Positions 14,011 to 23,220 of a stretch of 64,000 bases of DNA are shown here, piece by piece; the first letter of the stretch is position 1; every line of letters starts with the position of its first letter. The notes beneath the pieces were generated by a model. It was not told the DNA's origin. It saw nothing but the letters and a program-made list of their open reading frames with translations, and did not search any database. The position numbers were made by a program, and so were the translations under genes. Source of the stretch: Amphiscolops sp. MND2022 (Eukaryota); contig OZ076412.1 of the NCBI GenBank assembly GCA_964187785.1, positions 46,004,001 through 46,068,000 on the forward strand, given 5' to 3'.

Positions 14011-14676
14011 AAACTATAGCTTAGACTATTCTTATTAGAACTAAATTTCTATGAGGTTGAAGTTACATAAACTCACATAAGAAAAGGGATGATTGAAGTT
14101 TTAAAGTGTCTTATTATGAAAAAGTCTTAATGCTATTCAACTTTCTACTGAATAGAGACATCTAAATCAAAACTCTTCCGTTTAAAATAGTACGGATTTG
14201 TAAATTTTGTTTGAGAAAAAGATTTCCGAAGAAAAAGGGAAATTCTTATTATTTGCAAATAGTTTCATTTTCATAAATGATAAATTGTAAAAGTTATATT
14301 ACTTCTTCTTGTAAAGTGAAGTTGTGATCTTTTATAATCTGAGATTTGTAACAATTGAAAGAAATATGGCTATGTCCAGAAGTTGTTCACTTTCAATATT
14401 CTCAACTCATTCGTAATTAAACATATTTATCCACCATACATTTTCAGTAAACGGGAAGCTCATTTACAAACACCGCCTTGCGCGACTCACGCAATTTCTT
14501 TTGTTCGCACGTACACGCAAGGCACCCCTTTATCAGTAAGTTGCTAATTTATTTGTTGGGACTTATACTTGTTAAATCAATAACAGAACCGTCGCGAGAT
14601 AGTACCTTGTAAAATGCAAACAAGGACTTGACAGATTAAAACTAATAAACAAATTTCACCCATGCGTGCGACAAAC

Positions 14677-14694
14677 TGGTGCGACCAGTGAGGC
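14677..14694 (+). promoter_or_regulatory. Primer-binding site (tRNA-Ile(UAU)-like)
   Basis: TGGTGCGACCAGTGAGGC starts 3 nt after the LTR end, and TGG complements the tRNA CCA. tRNA identity is from recalled similarity to TGGTGCTCCAGGTGAGGC. Confidence 0.8.
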
Positions 14695-15710
14695 TACTTT
14701 TTCTCTTGTAATAGAGAAGTAAATGAGCTATCTGTTAGAATCCCTACTCTCAGAAGTAAGGGTTACTTACTTATTTCTCTTAACATTACTTCTAATTTTC
14801 TTCTTTCTCCTACTGCCTCAATATGTGGCTTCTCTAATCTATATAAATCGTAAAACTGCTAGTAAATACTCTAACAGAATCTCTCCAGCCTAACAGCTTT
14901 GGGAAGAGTTTATGCACTACTCTCTTTCTTTCAATCCCCAAAACCATTTGTTAGAAATGATTTACCTTTACGAAAATACTATGAGATTACCATCAGTCCT
15001 AAACAAGAATGAAACTGACTCTATACGCTTTATTTAAAGGCACAGTTGGGAAATTCACTCTAGTCCGGACGGACACAAATTAAGTAAAAGCCCGCCTAGG
15101 TCTCCTCGGAGGCTGTTTGAAGGCCGTGAGCCCAGTGGGTATCTTGGAACCTATGTAGCATTCCGAGTGGGAAACCTAGTATTCTAGTGATAGTACCCAA
15201 GTGATTGCATGATAGTGATCTGGGCCCCACGCACTTAATCCTAAAGACGAGAGTAACTCCCTCTGTGAACTAGCCGTAGTTATTTTCCTAAAGTTAAAGA
15301 AAGGCTCAAAGAGCGGATGAAAGACCTAGTGGACTGACTGTACTCTTCATAGGTTTTCTTTGGGTTAACTCGGAGGATTGGTATACCCCGAACTACCCTT
15401 TTTACGATAATCTCAACACTACTGGGATTTGTAAGTATCCCCTAAACTGTGGAATCAGAGTACGAAATATAGGAAATGAGCCTAACTTCGACCGAGAAGT
15501 GCTATTTTCATTTTTGCTAGCAGCGTATTAAGGATTTTATGATTTGTCAGACCTGTCTAATAATTATCACTATTAGAATCATAGTACAAACAATTTTTAC
15601 TTTAACTCTTTGCTGTTATTCTCAAAAGCCAAGAGTATCATACCTCATAGAGTCTTTGGCTTATTGTTCTTTGCTTCATCTTCTATCCTTTATAATCTCA
15701 ATAGCTCACA

Positions 15711-17165
15711 ATGGCTGCGCAAAATTACTTGGCTTATCCAGACCTCGGCAGAGACCAATTCACAGGAACAGACCCAGATCAAGATCCTGAACAATTTATA
15801 CAGCTAATTGAAAAGAAGTTCCGTTTCTCTCATGGTGATACCCCAGCAAACGGAGCAGCACTTGACGACTACAACTTCAGGAGAAAATCCTACTTTGCTA
15901 CACTACTAAGAGGACCAGCAGCGGAGTGGTTCGAGACAAGTATCACAGACGCTAACACCTGGCAAGAAATCAGAGAAAGGTTCATCACAAGATTCGCAGA
16001 TGGCCGAAACAAATCCAGACACAGAATGGAAGCAGAGCATGTCACCAGAAGAGATGGAGAAGAGATAAAGAATTTTCTACACAGAATCAAAATTGTTGTG
16101 GGGAAAGGCTGGCCAGATGATCTTGCCGGCGTCGCACAAAACGACAGAAACGCAGAAAGAGCAGCACAAGACCGACAAAGAAGACAAAGGTGCATCGACT
16201 ACTCACTGAGAGGCCTAAGACCTCCAAAACTGAGAGAAAAGGCACACGAATATTTAATGGATCACCCGAATGCAACCTGGGAACAATTCTCCCAAGCTGT
16301 AATAAACAAAGACCTCTCCTACACGGTAACTACCGCCCTAACTGGCGGAGAATCACATTCAGACCCACTCATACAAGAAATGCGAGACGACCTGAAGGGA
16401 ATCAAACTACAAATCAAAGAACAGATGAATAACACAATCAACGCAGTAGAGAAAACTGTAGACCCTAATGCTACAGGTCGAAGAATGGCCACACGATTCT
16501 GTGGCTACTGCCGAACAAATGGGCACACACCTAACTGGTGCAGAAAGAAGATGAGAGATGAAGAAGTGAAGAAGGTTCAAAACGAAGCTAACCCAGAAAG
16601 AAGAATAACATTCACCAACGACTACAACAAAAGAACTGGACCTGAACATGGCTCTAGATTTCAACCAAGATTGCCAGATTCAGAAATCAGAAAACATATG
16701 GCTGTGGCACATCAACTAGCACTGGCTGGAGCTATGCAGTCAAACCCTGCCTGGAATCAATACGATAGACCACAAAGAAAAAATTTCAACCCAGAACGCC
16801 GACCTACGAATACAAGAGTCAATCCTGGTAACCAAAGATTTTCACAAGAAGGGAGAAGACCCTTCCTAAACAATTCTAACAACTCCAGAAGTGTTTCCCC
16901 TGGACCCCAAAGAGCAAGATCTCCGTTCAACTTCAACAGAGACCAGTCTAGCTCCTTTAATCGCAACATACAACCTCTTCCACCAAGAAATAACTCAGTT
17001 TTTCAAAGACCACTAGACAGAAACGAAAGACCCAACACTCCAACTCAATCTTACGAGCAAAGATTCCCAAAAACTAATGACATAGGAAGATCCAACACAG
17101 TACAGTTCTTAGAAACCGACTACTCGGTGAACTCTATTGCCGATTTCCGCCCTTTAAACTACTAA
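15711..17165 (+). CDS. gag: Gag (capsid-like domain, CCHC zinc knuckle, basic N/R-rich tail)
   Basis: 484-aa ORF with LLRGPAAEWF..W.EIRERFITRF retrotransposon-gag motif and CGYCRTNGHTPNWC = CX2CX4HX4C. Confidence 0.95.
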   Translation: MAAQNYLAYPDLGRDQFTGTDPDQDPEQFIQLIEKKFRFSHGDTPANGAALDDYNFRRKSYFATLLRGPAAEWFETSITDANTWQEIRERFITRFADGRNKSRHRMEAEHVTRRDGEEIKNFLHRIKIVVGKGWPDDLAGVAQNDRNAERAAQDRQRRQRCIDYSLRGLRPPKLREKAHEYLMDHPNATWEQFSQAVINKDLSYTVTTALTGGESHSDPLIQEMRDDLKGIKLQIKEQMNNTINAVEKTVDPNATGRRMATRFCGYCRTNGHTPNWCRKKMRDEEVKKVQNEANPERRITFTNDYNKRTGPEHGSRFQPRLPDSEIRKHMAVAHQLALAGAMQSNPAWNQYDRPQRKNFNPERRPTNTRVNPGNQRFSQEGRRPFLNNSNNSRSVSPGPQRARSPFNFNRDQSSSFNRNIQPLPPRNNSVFQRPLDRNERPNTPTQSYEQRFPKTNDIGRSNTVQFLETDYSVNSIADFRPLNY

Positions 17166-17242
17166 GGTCTCCGAAAAATAGAAATAGCAGCAGTGCCCCT
17201 CTAAAATTTAGTCTTAATCTTTATTATTTTGCTGCCGGAGAC
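17150..17242 (+). promoter_or_regulatory. -1 programmed ribosomal frameshift signal
   Basis: In-phase C CCU UUA and U UUA AAC heptamers just before the gag stop. Stem GTCTCCG(17167-73)/CGGAGAC(17236-42) with inner GCAGCA/TGCTGC. The -1 frame is open into the protease. Confidence 0.85.
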
Positions 17243-20200
17243 TCACAAAAAGATAGTGGCTTAGAAATCGAATTTCTACTAGACACTGGGGCAACATCTT
17301 CAATCATCAACTACAGGACCTTTAGAGAACTTTGCCGGTTTCAACAAGACCTAGAACTTAGTAGAAGCAATAACACAACACGGAACTACTCTGGGCAGAT
17401 CATCCCTATGATGGGATACATCACCCTCAAACTCTACTACGATTCCGATGGACAACATAACTTCCCATTAACAGTCTGGATAACAGAGATGAAAACCCAA
17501 AACCTCCTTGGAATGAATTTCTGCCAAGAACAAGTTAACAAAATACACTTTGATCTTCCTGGCATAGAACTCAAAAGACTTATAAATACTTTCTGCTATG
17601 GTAGCCTACAACTCAACAAATGTTACCCCTATATATCACAAATTCTCTCAGTCAGAATTCCTCACTCAATGTATATCGAACCAAAGACGACAAGATGTTA
17701 CAAATTCGCACCAGAAAACACTAATAACTCATTTCCTCCTGGATCTACGTTCCTACCGAACAGGAAGGCAGTTTCTACTGGACTTAACTTCATAAATGTC
17801 CTCTGCACACGATTTGAGAAGACTTTACCAATCGTCATGGAAAACAACAAAAACCATACAATCACCTTAGTAAAAGGAACTATCGGATACTCAATGCTTG
17901 ACGTATTAGACCAAGAAATTCCGAAATACCAAATTAGAAACCCGACAGAACTCGCATATGCTATCCTAAACGAAAACGAAGAATACAACGACTGTTTCCT
18001 ATTACACTCTACCATTCCTTCACAAGATATGAACGATTGCCTCAGAATAGAAGGAGGAAACTCGAAAACAATACTCAGCAGACCAGACCCTATCATCATC
18101 TTCGTCCCGGCCGACCTAAAGCCAGCCAAAGGCTTCTCAAAAGAAATCCTAACGAAAATACCTTCACTTAAGGATACATGCGCAAAACAGAAACCACAGA
18201 AAGGAGAAACCATACCCTACTGGGACGAAACTCTGAAACGATTTATATATGTTCTGATTACGAAAGCAAAATCAAAAGACAAGATTGACCCACAATTACT
18301 AGTTCAATCTCTCGAAACTCTAAAAGCACACGCCAAAATGAGCGGCATCAAAACTATATCCATGCTACGGGAAGCCTCAGAGCTAGAAGACTTCCAATGG
18401 CAAGACGTCACTCAACTCATTCAAGACGTATTTGCATACTCAGAAATACAACTCCGAATTTATACAAGAAACGAACTAGATGTCTATGCCATGACTACAA
18501 GAGGAGACCCCGAATACGTACTAGAAGATGAGATACAACAATTTTCCGAGCAATTTCATCTCAAACATAGAGAGTTGGAGACAGACTTCACGAGCGACGC
18601 AAAGTCCTGTCAACCACCCTGCGATGAGCAATTTAAAATCTTCAGGCCAAAAGAAGACAACGAACGGCTGATCGAGTACTACCTTCAGTATCAAAATAAG
18701 GAAGCAGTGCGATACATTAAAGAATTCGACTTTCGCTACTCAGACCTCACAGACGAAGAACTGGTTCTCCTAATAGACTTACTAATGGACGCAAGAGATG
18801 TATACTCCCAACACAAATTTGACGTAGGGAAAACCAGACAAAAATTTAACATTAAACTAGAACCTGGAGCAATTCTAAAGAGACAGAGACCCAGCAAAGT
18901 ACCACTTCACCTACGAGAAAAGCTAGAGAAACTACTCACACAACTCAAAGACGCTGACATCATCAGAGAAATGGGCGACGATGAAGAAATGGGATCCTTA
19001 TTTGTGAATCCTATTATACTACAACCAAAACATGACTATGTCAAGCTGATCATAGATGCGAGATATCTAAACTCGGTGACAGATCTAACAAATTATTCCT
19101 GGCCCTTAGAACCGATCCAAACCATAATGACACTAATAAATGGAAACATCTTCTCAGTAAGTGATCTCTCCTGTGCATTTCACCAAGTCCCATTAGACGA
19201 GCCCACGCAAAAACTCACCAGCTTCATCATTGGCGGAAAACAATACACCTTCACCAGGGGATTCTATGGACTCAAGGGATTACCAAGCTTCTTTAGTAGA
19301 ATGATGACTATCCACTTCGAACCCCTCATCAAAAGGAAACAGGCAATTACATACATCGACGACACGTTGATGCAAGCCAAAAACAAACAAGAAATGTTCA
19401 CGGTAATTCAAGAATACCATAACTTACTGCGGAAAGCCGGACTCAAGGCAGCACCAGATAAGACACTCTTCTTCTTAAGGAAAGTCAAGTTTTTGGGACA
19501 CGTGATAGCAGCCGAAGGAATACAACCCGTCGCAAAACGAGTAAAAGACCTACACAATCTCAAATCACCAAAGACCAAAACCGAAGTGAAAAGCTTCTTA
19601 GGAGCTTTGGGCTTCTATAGCTGCTACATCAAGAATCTTCATGTCGATAGTCGACCTTTTTACGAACTCACCAAGAAAGATACAAATTTTTGCTGGAACC
19701 AAGAACACGAAGACCTTTTCCAGGAAATAAAGAAAAGAATTACCGAAGACACAGTGCTCGCAATACCCTCGACAAAATACCCCTTTCACATACACGTCGA
19801 CTCGTCAAACGTTGGGACAGGATGTATCCTCATCCAACAATTCCCAGAAGGGAAACGGATCATTTCCTTCAACTCAAGAGTTTTCGCAAAGGAAGAACAA
19901 AAGATGTCCACACTACACAGAGAATTATGTGGCATAGTCTCAGCTCTTCAGACGTATGAACACTACATCATCGGATCTCCCTTCCCCATCTACCTATACT
20001 GCGATCACAAGCCGATTCTTTATCTCTGGGGAAGAAAGGGACAAATTTCACCCCGTTTTTTCAGGTACCAAGTAATTATATCTAAATTCCCGAACCTCAA
20101 GATAATTTGGACTCCAGGAAGCAACCTAGCCTTCCCTGATATACTCAGTCGAAACGTCTCCATCGAGGAACACAAGAAACATCAACTCAGTCACAAAGTC

Positions 20201-22663
20201 ATCCCAACTGACATACACTTTTTCGACGAACATGGAACCCAAGTACACTACAAAATCAAACACGAAGAAAATGAAGAGTCATCCAAGAACGACTTTTACC
20301 CCATCTTGTACGAGAAGGGAAAAGAACGGAAAGTACTTCATCTCCAAAATGATGGGAATAACTTCAAGGTTAACTCTATCTACGAGGAACCTAACCTGCC
20401 GAAAGTAGAGTCAGCACAGAGTTGCCTCGACGCTGGAAGAGAACTTGGAAAATTCGAAGAACTAAGAATCAGGTCAGGAACACGGGATAGCACTTCGGAT
20501 TTATCACAAAACACTTACAGCTCCATCAACAGTGATACGGATGACGAAGCCCTCACAGACAATCAGAGTCAAGAAATAAACGAGACCAACTACGAGCTCA
20601 ACACAGAAGATCCCATCGCACGTAACCCAAGTCTTCCCAAAAACGCGAAGGCAATAGAACACCTCGATCTACCTACAAATTCAACTGAAAAACAAAAGAC
20701 ACCAACACAGGAACTTGTCAGACAACTTGATAAACTATCCAAAGAAGTAGAACTAAACGTTACAACGATCTTACAAGAACAAATAAATGACCCGGTACTC
20801 AGCGTGGTCCGACAATGGGTAAGAACAGGAAACAAACCCGAACCAAAATCACCAGAGTTACAACACTCAAAAGGCCTCATGCGTTACTTTCAGGAATTCG
20901 ACAGATTATCTATAGAAGGCCAAGGAAACCTCCTTTGTTATAACGAGCCAACTGATGACCCAACAGACGAGAATCTGAGAATCTGTCTACCTCTCTCTCT
21001 ATTTTTAGCTTGCTTTCGTATGGGACATTACAACGACCTCGGCGGCCACATGGGAGCAGAAAAGACCTTCCTCAATGCTAAGAGATTTTACTACTGGCCA
21101 GGGATGCACAACTGGATCTGTGCCCTCACACAAGATTGTGTTAGCTGCCAATCTAACAAATCCAAACAACGGAGAAACAACGAAGTCCCACTGGAAGACT
21201 GCGAAACCGAAACTCAAGTATTCAGAACCATCCACATTGATCACAAAGGACCACTCAATCCTCCCAGTCGTGGAAATTCACATTGCCTTCTGATCATCGA
21301 CGCCTTCTCACGTTACCTGATGGCATACCCAGTCAGAGACACAGGAGCACAATCTACAATCAATGCGATGGAAAAATGGATTATGCACTATGGCATCCCT
21401 CAATCTATCGTACATGATAGAGGAACAGCTTTCGTGAACACTGAATTCGTCAATTGGACTAAAGAGTTTGGCATTACACTTCGACCAAGAACCGCACACT
21501 CACCCTGGACAAATGGCAAAGTAGAAACTCAAAATCAACACATTGCAAGATACTGGAGAAACTTCCTAAACGAATCAGGAAACAACTGGGCCCAACTAGC
21601 TGCCAAATTTGCATTCGCCCACAACACAAGCGTCAACTACACGACTGGAAAGACCCCCTACGAGATAGTGTTTTGCAATAAACCACAGATACCTATGAGT
21701 CTGAAGCTGGGACTCTACAGGAACAAAAACAAGAACTGCAAATCACAATTCTGTCAAGGATTACCTCCTCATTGCCATAGCGAAAACCAAGTCAAAAACG
21801 AACTACTAAATGGACTATTACGACCACAACTATCACAAAGCTTATTGGAACGAGAAACAGCCTTCAAAAAGGTCTACTCATCCACATATGAAAAGTGCAG
21901 AAAACAAACAGCTCAATCACACACCTACAGGAACAGATTTAAACTTGGGAACCACCTCAACATTGGACAAAAGGTTCTGCTAGAGAACCATCGAAAAGAC
22001 CTCTCCAAAAGCCAAAAACTCCAACAACTGCGACTAGGACCCTTTACGGTTACCAAACGAATTACAAATACAACTTACCAAATAATGGAAGATCAAAACC
22101 CCGAGAATCTCCGAACTGTACATAGGAACCATCTAATAGAATACTTCCCTAAAGAAGAAACACTCCCCCCTCTTATCGAAGAATACACTACTCCCCACCG
22201 TGGAGACACGGATTTTTATAACAATCTTGTCAAAGGAAGAATTGAACAACTTAATGTTTCAGGACCACAAAAACTCGGAGACCTCTGCATATTGCCAGTA
22301 CGGAATCAACAAAACCAAATACTTGCCCGCAAAAGAACGCAAACCCCCCAGAGCACAGACTCTGGTATCATCTCTCCAGAAAATCAGTTGTTGTCAACTC
22401 CCAAGACTCCCGATCAGCCTTCGACATCACATCCTCAAAACGCAGCAACCCCTATCCTGACGTTAACTCAACGTCAACCAACTCCAGCACCCCCAACTAA
22501 CACCCCGGCATCGTCTACCAAGTCAACGACTCCCTTGCAAGAGTTACGAAAGGCTGTTGCCCGCCAAATAGAGAGAAATCCACGTTATCAGCGAGCACAA
22601 CCCAATCAACCAGCACGACAGTCCATACTTCGTGAAAGGACTAGAATTGGTTACAAAGAATAA
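17159..22663 (+). CDS. pol: Pol: aspartic protease - dUTPase-like region - macrodomain - RT - RNase H - integrase
   Basis: FLLDTGATSSII upstream of the tracked ATG in the same frame. YIDD RT motif; DSS..ELCGI..CDHKP..DILSR RNase H; H-H-C-C plus IHIDH/VHDRG/KVE integrase; GPF motif. No internal stops. Confidence 0.97.
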   Translation, partial: LLRSPKNRNSSSAPLKFSLNLYYFAAGDSQKDSGLEIEFLLDTGATSSIINYRTFRELCRFQQDLELSRSNNTTRNYSGQIIPMMGYITLKLYYDSDGQHNFPLTVWITEMKTQNLLGMNFCQEQVNKIHFDLPGIELKRLINTFCYGSLQLNKCYPYISQILSVRIPHSMYIEPKTTRCYKFAPENTNNSFPPGSTFLPNRKAVSTGLNFINVLCTRFEKTLPIVMENNKNHTITLVKGTIGYSMLDVLDQEIPKYQIRNPTELAYAILNENEEYNDCFLLHSTIPSQDMNDCLRIEGGNSKTILSRPDPIIIFVPADLKPAKGFSKEILTKIPSLKDTCAKQKPQKGETIPYWDETLKRFIYVLITKAKSKDKIDPQLLVQSLETLKAHAKMSGIKTISMLREASELEDFQWQDVTQLIQDVFAYSEIQLRIYTRNELDVYAMTTRGDPEYVLEDEIQQFSEQFHLKHRELETDFTSDAKSCQPPCDEQFKIFRPKEDNERLIEYYLQYQNKEAVRYIKEFDFRYSDLTDEELVLLIDLLMDARDVYSQHKFDVGKTRQKFNIKLEPGAILKRQRPSKVPLHLREKLEKLLTQLKDADIIREMGDDEEMGSLFVNPIILQPKHDYVKLIIDARYLNSVTDLTNYSWPLEPIQTIMTLINGNIFSVSDLSCAFHQVPLDEPTQKLTSFIIGGKQYTFTRGFYGLKGLPSFFSRMMTIHFEPLIKRKQAITYIDDTLMQAKNKQEMFTVIQEYHNLLRKAGLKAAPDKTLFFLRKVKFLGHVIAAEGIQPVAKRVKDLHNLKSPKTKTEVKSFLGALGFYSCYIKNLHVDSRPFYELTKKDTNFCWNQEHEDLFQEIKKRITEDTVLAIPSTKYPFHIHVDSSNVGTGCILIQQFPEGKRIISFNSRVFAKEEQKMSTLHRELCGIVSALQTYEHYIIGSPFPIYLYCDHKPILYLWGRKGQISPRFFRYQVIISKFPNLKIIWTPGSNLAFPDILSRNVSIEEHKKHQLSHKVIPTDIHFFDEHGTQVHYKIKHEENEESSKNDFYPILYEKGKERKVLHLQNDGNNFKVNSIYEEPNLPKVESAQSCLDAGRELGKFEELRIRSGTRDSTSDLSQNTYSSINSDTDDEALTDNQSQEINETNYELNTEDPIARNPSLPKNAKAIEHLDLPTNSTEKQKTPTQELVRQLDKLSKEVELNVTTILQEQINDPVLSVVRQWVRTGNKPEPKSPELQHSKGLMRYFQEFDRLSIEGQGNLLCYNEPTDDPTDENLRICLPLSLFLACFRMGHYNDLGGHMGAEKTFLNAKRFYYWPGMHNWICALTQDCVSCQSNKSKQRRNNEVPLEDCETETQVFRTIHIDHKGPLNPPSRGNSHCLLIIDAFSRYLMAYPVRDTGAQSTINAMEKWIMHYGIPQSIVHDRGTAFVNTEFVNWTKEFGITLRPRTAHSPWTNGKVETQNQHIARYWRNFLNESGNNWAQLAAKFAFAHNTSVNYTTGKTPYEIVFCNKPQIPMSLKLGLYRNKNKNCKSQFCQGLPPHCHSENQVKNELLNGLLRPQLSQSLLERETAFKKVYSSTYEKCRKQTAQSHTYRNRFKLGNHLNIGQKVLLENHRKDLSKSQKLQQLRLGPFTVTKRITNTTYQIMEDQNPENLRTVHRNHLIEYFPKEETLPPLIEEYTTPHRGDTDFYNNLVKGRIEQLNVSGPQKLGDLCILPVRNQQNQILARKRTQTPQSTDSGIISPENQLLSTPKTPDQPSTSHPQNAATPILTLTQRQPTPAPPTNTPASSTKSTTPLQELRKAVARQIERNPRYQRAQPNQPARQSILRERTRIGYKE

Positions 22664-22670
22664 CCTTACT

Positions 22671-23052
22671 ATGCCGTGCCATAAAGTCTATCTAAACTTG
22701 CCTTGGCAAGTCCCGCGAGAACTCCAGTCCTTAGGAATTTTGCAGGTTACGATTACTAAAATCTACTGGACCTACAAAAACAGTTAGAATTTGTTTCTAC
22801 TCCAACGACCCAGATCCTAGCCCACATAAACAACCTACGCCTAGAAAATCTAACCTTCATATACACCCAGAATCACCTACTTTCGCCCGCTTATATCAAC
22901 ACTTAGCCTATTATGCCGTCACCCACCATGACCCTATCCTAGAGGAACTACTATCCTACATGCCTACCCTGATACCTGACCTACAACCTTCATTACCTAA
23001 CACACAAAAAGACTTATTCTGCTGTTCTACTATCTCCTCGCCTAGCTCCTAG
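22671..23052 (+). pseudogene. Accessory ORF A, split by a 1-nt frameshift
   Basis: ATG at 22671 gives 38 aa. The +1 frame is open 22735-23052 (105 codons, checked manually). Removing one A from the A5 run at 22776-22780 gives one ~126-aa ORF. Confidence 0.55.
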
Positions 23053-23220
23053 CCGGATATTACCGCTTATTCGAAAAATATTATCTTTATTATTATTATT
23101 ATTATTATTAGACTTTTTATCTATACAAATTGTGCAACCCCGAGAAGGAACTTACGAAAAGCAGCAAACACAAAAGCGTAGAAAAATAAAGTATTTCCTG
23201 GAGATGAGAGGCAATAATGC

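Larger units (their letters stand above)
13058..14673 (+). repeat. 5' LTR (1616 bp)
   Basis: Direct repeat of 29405-31006. Carries an extra 14-bp ggcggcggccataa duplication near 13204. Confidence 0.97.

Noticed and set aside
15310-15350. Resemblance to LSU rRNA (GAAAGACC..GTG) or a group I intron core
   Set aside because: Only a short word matches; flanking rRNA or P7 consensus sequences are absent.
15890-21499. Minus-strand ORFs inside gag/pol (e.g. 15890-16195, 17698-18213, 20590-20880)
   Set aside because: Shadow frames of long coding sequence with biased composition; no motifs.
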